Below are positions 30,184-38,398 of a stretch of DNA of 40,750 nucleotides, piece by piece. Numbering within the stretch: the stretch's first letter is position 1; each line of letters opens with the position of its first letter. The notes under the pieces are model-generated. The model did not search any database. It had not been told where the DNA came from and worked only from the letters and a program-made list of their open reading frames with translations. Position numbers and translations under genes: made by a program. Where the stretch lies: NCBI GenBank assembly GCA_046757165.1, contig JBHHXT010000026.1:1-40750 (forward strand), given 5' to 3'. This DNA comes from a bacterium (GTDB lineage: Bacteria > Zhuqueibacterota > Zhuqueibacteria > Oceanimicrobiales > Oceanimicrobiaceae).

Positions 30184-31470
30184 ATGGCTACCAAAACCAA
30201 ACCCCCCAAAGCGCAGGAACTCATTCCTTCGCGCGCCGGCCTGAGTGAAGGGGCCAGCGGCTCTGATGTTCAAAGGCTGCAGGATTACCTGGCCCGGTTC
30301 GGCTACAAGAACACCTCGCCCCAGGAGGATTACGGCATCGATTCGTTCAACGACAGCGACCTGGATTTCAAGGAGGGGGAGTTCGACGAGGCGACCCGGG
30401 AAGCGCTGGTCAGTTTCCAGGAGTTCAACAGCCTGCCCGCCACCGGCAAACTTGACGACCAGACCCTCAACTTGATGCAGCAGCCCCGCTGCGGCTGTCC
30501 GGATATGGCCGAGTTCGCCAATACCGGACGCAGATGGCCAACCACGAACTTGACCTACGGCTTCCAGGAGTTCACACCGGATTTACCGAAGGTGCAAGTG
30601 ATTCGGGCGATTGAACAGGCCCTGTCGCTGTGGCAGGCCGTGACGCCGTTGTGTTTCAGACGTGTGGCCATGAGCTCTTCCCCGGATATCGTCATCCGGT
30701 TTGCGGCTGGTGCCCACGGGGACGGCAACCCATTTGACGGCACAGGCGGGGTTCTGGCGCACGCCTATTTCCCACCGGTTCCGCCCAATCCCCCGACGCC
30801 GATCCAGGGCGATGCCCACTTTGACGAAGACGAGAAATGGACGGTCACCATTCCAACGGGCGCGGGCAATCGAGATCTGGTGACGGTGGCGGCGCATGAG
30901 TTTGGCCACTCGCTGGGACTCGGCCATTCCGGCGTCAGTACGGCGCTGATGGCGCCGTTCTACTCAGGACCGCACCGTTTCTTACACAGCGATGATATCG
31001 CCGGCATCCGGGACATCTACGGCGTGCCGAAAATAGCACACGCGATGTGGGTGCACGGAACCAGCATCCAGGTCGAGTATGAAAGCAGAATTCAACACAT
31101 CCGGCGGGCAGGCTTCTACACCCGGATTATCGGCAAGCCAAACACCACCAATTGGTTTCACTTCGCGATTCCGTCGTCCGTGATCACGCACAATGACCGC
31201 AAACGAATCGGCTCGGTCATCTTGCGCTTTAGAACCCGTTCCAGCAATGCGATTGTGCGGGATGTCCACATCTATGATGGCTACACGAGAATCCTGGCGC
31301 ACAATGGCGTCAACTTGAGCGGTAATCACTGGTTCGAGCGCTTTGGTGTCGCCCATTGTCCGCCCGCGCTGTGGGGCGTAGGCATCTCAATCGGGGTGAC
31401 CTTTGGGGCCGGCAGCGACAGCAGCCGCAGCATGGATTTCGTCGCGGCAGGATGCGATTTCCGGCCGTAG
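30184..31470 (+). CDS. Matrixin (M10A) metalloprotease with PG-binding-like prodomain and a C-terminal beta-rich domain
   Basis: AAGGAGGT RBS; V.RLQ.YL.RFGY, FQ.F..LP.TG.LD, cysteine switch PRCGCPD, HGDG.PFDG.GGVLAHAYFP, GDAHFDEDE.W, HEFGHSLGLGH, Met-turn ALMAP. Confidence 0.93.
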   Translation: MATKTKPPKAQELIPSRAGLSEGASGSDVQRLQDYLARFGYKNTSPQEDYGIDSFNDSDLDFKEGEFDEATREALVSFQEFNSLPATGKLDDQTLNLMQQPRCGCPDMAEFANTGRRWPTTNLTYGFQEFTPDLPKVQVIRAIEQALSLWQAVTPLCFRRVAMSSSPDIVIRFAAGAHGDGNPFDGTGGVLAHAYFPPVPPNPPTPIQGDAHFDEDEKWTVTIPTGAGNRDLVTVAAHEFGHSLGLGHSGVSTALMAPFYSGPHRFLHSDDIAGIRDIYGVPKIAHAMWVHGTSIQVEYESRIQHIRRAGFYTRIIGKPNTTNWFHFAIPSSVITHNDRKRIGSVILRFRTRSSNAIVRDVHIYDGYTRILAHNGVNLSGNHWFERFGVAHCPPALWGVGISIGVTFGAGSDSSRSMDFVAAGCDFRP

Positions 31471-31508
31471 CCGACACACCGGGATCTCCCGGATTGCCGA
31501 ATCGGTAC

Positions 31509-31537
31509 AGGCGTGGGTGGGGTGCCCACGCCTTTTT
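31509..31537 (+). terminator. Rho-independent terminator after the matrixin gene
   Basis: AGGCGTGGG-TGGGGTG-CCCACGCCT-TTTT. Confidence 0.75.
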
Positions 31538-31678
31538 GATCTCCTGCCGGACTCAGCGCCTTCGTAAAAACAGGATGGTATTTCACTGTAGCCATACCCC
31601 CTTGTGGGGTATGTGGTATCGTTTCTAACGAAGGGCTCAATGATAACAGAGACCGTTTTCGGTGAAATAGAAGCTCGG

Positions 31679-34564
31679 CTAGGCAAACTCAGGGTTCCGA
31701 AGGTTGTGTCGAATCGCTTCAATAAGCCCGGGCTTTCTAATGGGCTTTGCCAGGTAGGCTGTGCAGCCCGCATCCAAGCATTTCTTGATTTCGCTTGCTC
31801 CGTGATGGGCGGTTAAAGCGATGACAGGGATCTCCTTGCCGCTGTGAATCTCTCTGATTGCCGTTGAAGCCGCATAACCATCCATCACGGGCATCTCCAT
31901 ATCCATCAAGATCAAGGAGAGGGTTCTTCGTTTGTACACGGCCAGGGCTTCCTGTCCATTCTCAGCAAAGAGCAGCTTGTACGTTCCTGCCTTCTTGAGG
32001 TAATTCCTGATCAAGTTCCGGTTGTCGGGAGAATCATCGACCACCAGGATGGTTGGACGCGGGTCTATCCACTTTTTTAGCGTTTCGAGAAGCAGTTTCT
32101 TTTTGATCGGCTTGGTGAGGTAATCATCCATGTCCTGTCGTAAACATTCCTCCCTGTATCCGTGCAAAGCGTGGGCGGTAAGCGCGATGATCGGAATGCG
32201 TTCCTCTTGCAGGCGCCGTTCCAGTAACCGGATTTCTTTGGTCGCTTCAAAGCCATCCTTGACCGGCATCTGAATATCCATGAGAATCAAATCGTAGTGG
32301 AATTCTTCAACCGCATCTACGGCTAGTTGGCCGTTGTCGGCGACGTCGACTTGATAGCCGGCTTTTTGCAATATCTTTTTGGCCAGCCTTTGATTGTCCG
32401 GGTTGTCCTCGACCAGTAGAATTCTGTTTTGGATTGTCTTGATAGGGGTCTCTTCGGGTGTGACGACTTTAGTACGCGGGGTGGCGGCCTTTTGATATCG
32501 CAAGACTTCCATGAGAATATTAAACAACTTCGACTGCCTGGCAGGTTTGCTCACATACCTGGAGATGTCCAACTTTTTCTGCAATTCGGAATTGCCCCCC
32601 CCGACCGAGGAGAGCATGATGATTTTTATGTTTGCCCATTTGGGGTCTTCCCGAATGATCCGGGCCAGCTCGAATCCATCCATTTCTGGCATCTGTTGAT
32701 CCAGAAGAATCAACTCGATGGTTTGATGACACGCCTTCAAAATAGACAGCGCCTGCGGGCCACTCTGGGCTTCTCTGACATGAAATCCCCATGCGGTGAG
32801 GGTTTTTCTCAGGATAAAGCGGTTGGTCTCATTGTCGTCGACCACCAGGATAGTGATGTCGTTGAAATCAGGATAAACATAATCGGGCTCTTCGATTTTG
32901 GCGTGAGCGGCAGGCAAGCTCAGTTTGAAGTGAAACGTGCTGCCCTGCCCTTCCTTGCTTTCAACCCACATTTCTCCGCCCATGAGCTCGACCAGGGATT
33001 TAGAGATATTCAGGCCGAGACCCGTGCCGCCGAACTTCCGGGTGGTGGAGGAATCGGCCTGGGAGAACTTCTTGAATATCCTATGGACGTTTTCTTGTGA
33101 GATACCGATTCCGGTGTCCCGCACGGCAAAGTGCAAGGGAACCTGATTCTGGATGGCAGAGTCCGAACTTCGCTTGTCGCTTGTCGGATTTTGCTCTTCG
33201 GGTTTCGCCTGCCACAATCGGCATTCGAGCGCGACTTCGCCCTTATCCGTAAACTTGATGGCATTACCGGTGAGGTTCACCAGCACTTGCCGCAGTCGCG
33301 TGGGATCCCCGATGACGCGGGCCGGGATGCCGGGTTCGATGTAACAGAGTAGCTCGATGTTTTTCGTCCCGGCACGCATGCCAAATATTTCCGCAGCGCC
33401 TTCAACAACCTCACGCAAATCGAAGTCGACGTTTTCGAGCTCCATCTGCCCAGCTTCAATCTTGGAGAAATCGAGGATATCGTTTATCAGGCTCAAGAGT
33501 CCTTCAGAAGAGGAGTGTACCACGTTCAGAAACCCTCGCTGCTCTGCGCTGAGGTCTGTCTCGAGCGTTAATTCAGTCATACCAATAATGGCGTTCAGGG
33601 GAGTGCGGATTTCGTGACTCATATTGGCCAGGAATTCGCTTTTGGCCCTGTTGGCGGCTTCGGCGGCTTCTTTGGCCTCACGTACCCCTGCTTCCGCTCG
33701 TTTGCGTTCGGTGAAATCTTGCACCAGGACCACCGCATAAGTCGGCCTGCCATTTGCGTCGAAAAGCCAGGCTTCGGTTGTGTAGCCCCAAACGATTTCA
33801 CCATCATGACGGAGGTACCGCCTTTCAAGCTCGACGACTTGACGACCTCCGGCCGTGATTTGATTGAATTGGCGACAGCTCTCCTGTCGGTCGTCGGGAT
33901 GGATGAGGTCGGCAAGCCTCACTCTCAGCAATTCGGGCTTGTCATATCCCAACAGTTTGCACAAGGACGGGTTGACTTGCGACAGTCGGCCAGCAGCCGT
34001 TACGGTAGCCATGCCGGCAGCCGATTTCTCAAAAATCGAACGGAAACGCTCCTCGCTTGCTTTGAGATCTTCCTGCCCCCGACGCAAGACCTCCAGGTCG
34101 GTAATATCCTGCAGCATGACGATGGCTTCGTCTATTTTCCCTTCCGGAGTTTTGATCGGCATGGCTGTGGCATAGATGTGGTGTGGCTTGCCCTCAATCT
34201 CTAAACGGAATTCATGGTGGGCCACACCTCCAGAAGAGAAGGTCTTTGCGCACGGACAGGCATCGCAAATACCCTTTTGCAAACACAATAGCCGGTTGCA
34301 CGGTAGCCCCTGCAGATTGTGAAAACGGTCAGGTGTTTGAAAGCGTTCGGCAAACACCTTGTTGGCCCAGACGACTTCGAGCGAAGAATTGACGACCCAA
34401 AAGCCCGCGTCGGTGTGGTTTACGACTGCTGAGAATTTTTGGCGCTCTCGCTCCAGAACTCGAATCTGCGTGTCATGAATTCGAAACCAGCGTTGCAATT
34501 CGGCAACTTTTTGCCGAAGCGCATCATCCTCTAAGTTCGAGTCTTTTTTCATTCCATTTGCCAT
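31679..34564 (-). CDS. Cytoplasmic hybrid histidine kinase: PAS-PAS-HisKA-HATPase-REC-REC-REC
   Basis: No TM; two PAS/PAC units ending DIT and [22 protein letters not shown]1/F/G2 boxes; three receivers with phosphoacceptor Asp (LLDQQMP, LMDIQMP, LMDMEMP) and KP. Confidence 0.95.
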   Translation of the reverse strand: MANGMKKDSNLEDDALRQKVAELQRWFRIHDTQIRVLERERQKFSAVVNHTDAGFWVVNSSLEVVWANKVFAERFQTPDRFHNLQGLPCNRLLCLQKGICDACPCAKTFSSGGVAHHEFRLEIEGKPHHIYATAMPIKTPEGKIDEAIVMLQDITDLEVLRRGQEDLKASEERFRSIFEKSAAGMATVTAAGRLSQVNPSLCKLLGYDKPELLRVRLADLIHPDDRQESCRQFNQITAGGRQVVELERRYLRHDGEIVWGYTTEAWLFDANGRPTYAVVLVQDFTERKRAEAGVREAKEAAEAANRAKSEFLANMSHEIRTPLNAIIGMTELTLETDLSAEQRGFLNVVHSSSEGLLSLINDILDFSKIEAGQMELENVDFDLREVVEGAAEIFGMRAGTKNIELLCYIEPGIPARVIGDPTRLRQVLVNLTGNAIKFTDKGEVALECRLWQAKPEEQNPTSDKRSSDSAIQNQVPLHFAVRDTGIGISQENVHRIFKKFSQADSSTTRKFGGTGLGLNISKSLVELMGGEMWVESKEGQGSTFHFKLSLPAAHAKIEEPDYVYPDFNDITILVVDDNETNRFILRKTLTAWGFHVREAQSGPQALSILKACHQTIELILLDQQMPEMDGFELARIIREDPKWANIKIIMLSSVGGGNSELQKKLDISRYVSKPARQSKLFNILMEVLRYQKAATPRTKVVTPEETPIKTIQNRILLVEDNPDNQRLAKKILQKAGYQVDVADNGQLAVDAVEEFHYDLILMDIQMPVKDGFEATKEIRLLERRLQEERIPIIALTAHALHGYREECLRQDMDDYLTKPIKKKLLLETLKKWIDPRPTILVVDDSPDNRNLIRNYLKKAGTYKLLFAENGQEALAVYKRRTLSLILMDMEMPVMDGYAASTAIREIHSGKEIPVIALTAHHGASEIKKCLDAGCTAYLAKPIRKPGLIEAIRHNLRNPEFA

Positions 34565-34597
34565 GCCGGGTTGTCACACTTTTAAAAGGTTGATCTT

Positions 34598-35089
34598 CTA
34601 ACGCGAATCACCTTGCGGGACACCAGATTTTTCAAACTTCACATAGGCGCGAGCCAGCCACTCTGCGACCTTCTCCACCTCTTGCACGGTGTCAGCGTCA
34701 AAGGCGTCATAGTCGTGGCTGTCGATATCAATCTGAGCAAAGATTGTATCCGCATTGCGGATCAAAACCACCAGCTCGGATTTGGTCGAGCTCGAACAGG
34801 CCAGATAGTTGGGTTCTTTGGAAACATCCGGGATATTCTTGTTGCACTTTTCCGCCACGGCACTCCCACAGACGCCCTGGCCCACGGCGATGAAGACGTG
34901 GTCCGTGGGTGCGCCAATAAATGGACCGAGTCGCAGGACCTGGTCCGGGAAGAGTTCGTAGATCCCGGTCCAGTGGAAACGTGGGTTTGACTGATGTAAA
35001 GACTCCACTACCTTAGACAGCAATGGCTCCAAACTGACCCCATCACCCAACAATTTCTCGAGCTCCTGGCATATTTGATCTCCGTTCAT
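34598..35089 (-). CDS. GAF domain protein, fRMsr/MsrC (YebR)-like
   Basis: W.GIY, L.LGPF.G, I..GQGVCG.AV, I.DV....NYLACS..TKSELVV, QIDIDS....AF; AAGGAG RBS. Confidence 0.88.
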   Translation of the reverse strand: MNGDQICQELEKLLGDGVSLEPLLSKVVESLHQSNPRFHWTGIYELFPDQVLRLGPFIGAPTDHVFIAVGQGVCGSAVAEKCNKNIPDVSKEPNYLACSSSTKSELVVLIRNADTIFAQIDIDSHDYDAFDADTVQEVEKVAEWLARAYVKFEKSGVPQGDSR

Positions 35090-35263
35090 TTTGTTTCTCC
35101 TTTTTAGCGTATACTATTGGGCTGTTGGCTGTTGGCCCTGAGCTTGCTGATACGGCTAGTTATGATCTCTTGTTTTTGACCAATAGCCGACGGCTAACTA
35201 AATGCCAATAGAGTTAAATTAGAGTTCTTTCGAAAACGCACGAATACACACTGTCAAGATGAA

Positions 35264-38200
35264 TCATGAATCTGCCTCACCTTCCTCCTTCTCAACGGTG
35301 ACCCAATTGGGGGCACTCTCCTTTTGTTTTTTCAGCCAGACATGGATGACTTGCTGTAACTGATCTCGGGCCACGGGCTTTGCAAGGTAATCATCCATTC
35401 CCGCCTCCAGGCACCTCTCCCGGTCGCCTTTCATGGCGTTGGCGGTCATGGCCACGATGGTGACGTGGCTGTCCGCGTTCTCCTGCGCACGGATGGCGCG
35501 CGTGGCCTCGAAGCCATCCATCTCCGGCATCTGGCAGTCCATGAACACAAGGTCGTACGGGACGGTTGCGACCGCTGCAACCGCTTCCCTGCCGTTCGCC
35601 ACGCAGTCCACCCGGCACCCTAACTTTTTCAGCATCCTCTGGGCGATTTTCTGATTCACCATGTTGTCTTCTACGACCAGCACTTTCGAGGTCTGCAACC
35701 TGTTTTCCGCCACGGTATGACGGGTGACAACCTGGCCCCTGGCCTGGCCGTCACCGTGCCGGCCGAGGACCGTGCTGAGACAGCCGTAGAGGTCGGACTG
35801 CTTCACGGGTTTTGTCAGGTAAGCCTGAAATCCAATTTCCAGCAACCGTTTGGCATCGCCGCGCTGGCCCAGGGAAGTCAGCATGATCAGGAGGGTCTCT
35901 TTGAGCAAGCTATCGCTCTTGATCGCTTTGCCCAGTGACTCGCCATCCATTGCCGGCATCTGCATGTCTATGATGGCGATTTCGATAGGCTCGTGCATCT
36001 CAGCCTGTTGTCGCAGGAGCTGCAAGGCGGCACCCCCGCTACTCGCTTCTTGCACCAGACAGTGGCGGGCCTGCAATTGCAGCCGCAAAATATCGCGGTT
36101 GGTCTTGTGGTCGTCGACGACCAATATGCGCTTGCCGGAAAGGTCGATATCGAACGGTGGACGCTTCCGGTTTTTCCGGGGTTGTTTGTTAAGCACGGTC
36201 GTAAACCAGAAGACAGAGCCTTTTCCCTCCTCGCTTTCGACGCCGATTTCACCGCCCATCATTTCGGTGAGCTGCTTTGAGATGGCGAGGCCCAGGCCGG
36301 AACCGCCGTACTTTCTGGTGGTTGAGGCGTCCACCTGTGAGAAGGATTGGAAGAGCTTCCGCAAAGCCGTTTGGGGGATGCCAATGCCGGTGTCGGAGAT
36401 GGTGAAGCGGACACAAATCTCGGTTTCTGTTTCGTGCTCGAGCTCGCCCCGGATGGCAACCTCCCCCTGCTGGGTGAACTTGATGGCGTTGTTGGCCAGG
36501 TTGACCAGGATTTGCCTGAGCCTTCCCGGGTCGCCATTGACGAAACTGTCCACCTCTGGATGCAGGAAACAGGTAAGTGCTAACCCCTTGTCTTCTGCCT
36601 TGAATGCGAGCAGGTCGCTGACGTCGTCTAACATGGTGTGGAGGTTGAAGTCGATGAACTCCAGATCCAGTTTCCGAGCTTCTATCTTCGAGAAGTCCAG
36701 GATGTCGTTGATAATGGTCAGTAGAGCCTCGGCTGAATTGCGCACGCTTTCCGCATACTCTCTTTGTTCTTTGTCAAGTTCAGTCTCGAGCAGAAGTCCG
36801 GTCATGCCGATGACGCCATTCATGGGGGTGCGGATTTCGTGGCTCATGGTCGCAAGGAACTCGCCTTTTGACTGGTTTGCCGCATCGGCTTCTCTTTTGG
36901 CCTGGGACAGTTCTTCTGTTCTTTGTTGCACCTCCCGTTCCAGATGCTTGTTTAGATATTCCACCCGTTCGTTGAGTTGAACGAACTTGTTCGTCAACAC
37001 GGTTGCCAGGCCGATGATGAAAACGAAGAAACCATAATTTGCCATGAGCGGCAGATTGTGCATATTCATGTGGTGCAGAACATCGCTCACGGCCGTGCTC
37101 AGAAAAAGAACTGCGGCGACGAGCATGTAGAGCGCATGGCGGTTTCCATTTCGTATGGCGGTTACCATGGTTCTGACCGCATCGAAGATATAGACGGCCC
37201 AGCTGAGCACAATCACTTTAGTGAAAATGACGAACCATGTGCTTGCCTGTTGCGTGAAGAGAACAATGCCCATGCAGGCGCCAGTGACGGCGAGACAAAA
37301 CCAGAGGAGCGGCTCAATCCGCCGAGTTGAGCGAGAATCGCCACACTGGAACATGTTGATAAAAAAACGATGCAGCAGGGGGGCCGATGAAAACAGCGCC
37401 AGATATTCGACCTTTTTCAGCACGTTGAAGTCGAGACCAAGCTCGAATTTGAGCGGGTTTCTCAGAAACAGGTAAAGCACAAGCACAACCACAAAACTGC
37501 CAAAGAACAGGTTTTCCGTTTCGTTTCGCCGGCGCACGAACAAGAAGAGAAAGTATCCACCGGCTGCCAGATAAAGCGCCAGGAAGAATGCCTCCTTAAA
37601 GCTGCTCAAGTAAAAGGAGGAAAGAATAACTTCCGCATTTGCGATCTTGACATCGCCGTGGGCAAGGCCGGATTTGTTTGCAAAATATCTTTGTATTTTA
37701 ACCAGGATGAGGTTGGTCTTCCCCGGTCTGATGAGTTCTCGCGGGATTCGGTACAACCGCGGCTGGTCATAAGCCTGTGCGACCCGGCTGTTCCATTTGC
37801 CGGTTTGCCCGATCAAAATGCCGTTGAAATAGGTGCTGTCACGGTCTGAGATGTCCTCGAATTCAACTACCAGATCTGTTTCGATAGTTTCAGGCAGAAC
37901 GACGGCTTTGCGGTACCAGTACTCATCTGCCGTCCTGATCGCTTCAAGCGTAAGTTCAACCGCTCCAGGAACCTTAGTCGGAACCCAGCCGCCCGGGGCA
38001 TCATCCGGGCCGGCCACTTCCTGCAGGACCTGCGTTGAATAGGCCCGGGCATCAATTGGAAGTTTTGTGACCCACCAGGTGTGAGATCCAGTTCCTTTTT
38101 TGTTCTCAGAGTTTAGCAGGGTGACACTCTGCAAGTGAGTGACTTTTTGCACAGTATGCTCAGAAGACCTTAGAGCTCGCGCGACTCGAGCAGCCCCTAA

Positions 38201-38266
38201 TACTAGCGCTACAGCAACAGCAAACATGAGCAATCTCAGGGTGACGCGCTTCATTGCTCGAACCAT
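35264..38266 (-). CDS. Membrane hybrid histidine kinase: sugar-binding-like periplasmic domain, 7TM-DISM-like region, HisKA-HATPase-REC-REC
   Basis: N-terminal hydrophobic segment (start 38266 or 38254); W....VPG, YWYRK...LP, I.DRD..YFNG..IG.TG, R.Y.IP..LI..G..N.I; about 7 TMs; [14 protein letters not shown]; two receivers. Confidence 0.92.
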   Translation of the reverse strand: MVRAMKRVTLRLLMFAVAVALVLGAARVARALRSSEHTVQKVTHLQSVTLLNSENKKGTGSHTWWVTKLPIDARAYSTQVLQEVAGPDDAPGGWVPTKVPGAVELTLEAIRTADEYWYRKAVVLPETIETDLVVEFEDISDRDSTYFNGILIGQTGKWNSRVAQAYDQPRLYRIPRELIRPGKTNLILVKIQRYFANKSGLAHGDVKIANAEVILSSFYLSSFKEAFFLALYLAAGGYFLFLFVRRRNETENLFFGSFVVVLVLYLFLRNPLKFELGLDFNVLKKVEYLALFSSAPLLHRFFINMFQCGDSRSTRRIEPLLWFCLAVTGACMGIVLFTQQASTWFVIFTKVIVLSWAVYIFDAVRTMVTAIRNGNRHALYMLVAAVLFLSTAVSDVLHHMNMHNLPLMANYGFFVFIIGLATVLTNKFVQLNERVEYLNKHLEREVQQRTEELSQAKREADAANQSKGEFLATMSHEIRTPMNGVIGMTGLLLETELDKEQREYAESVRNSAEALLTIINDILDFSKIEARKLDLEFIDFNLHTMLDDVSDLLAFKAEDKGLALTCFLHPEVDSFVNGDPGRLRQILVNLANNAIKFTQQGEVAIRGELEHETETEICVRFTISDTGIGIPQTALRKLFQSFSQVDASTTRKYGGSGLGLAISKQLTEMMGGEIGVESEEGKGSVFWFTTVLNKQPRKNRKRPPFDIDLSGKRILVVDDHKTNRDILRLQLQARHCLVQEASSGGAALQLLRQQAEMHEPIEIAIIDMQMPAMDGESLGKAIKSDSLLKETLLIMLTSLGQRGDAKRLLEIGFQAYLTKPVKQSDLYGCLSTVLGRHGDGQARGQVVTRHTVAENRLQTSKVLVVEDNMVNQKIAQRMLKKLGCRVDCVANGREAVAAVATVPYDLVFMDCQMPEMDGFEATRAIRAQENADSHVTIVAMTANAMKGDRERCLEAGMDDYLAKPVARDQLQQVIHVWLKKQKESAPNWVTVEKEEGEADS
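35311..36870. repeat. Paralogous duplication of the kinase core; second copy at 38461-40020
   Basis: Same offset of 3150 bp at each point checked; 49/60 identity in one hand-counted window (35341-35400); 48-bp exact match 35786-35833 = 38936-38983. Confidence 0.9.
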
Positions 38267-38398
38267 TGACAGAGATAAAATTCTATAGTATTATCAGTCA
38301 TTCTTTGCAAAGTTTTTGACCACGCAAAACCCTGGTATCTGAATATCTGCTGTGCTGAGTTTTTAATTTTTGCATGGTCATTTTGCTATTTCATTTTT

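Noticed and set aside
31593..31613. CATACCCC-CTTGT-GGGGTATG as a CsoR/RcnR-type operator
   Set aside because: It lies between convergent gene ends with no promoter or metal-homeostasis gene; more likely a hairpin or terminator.
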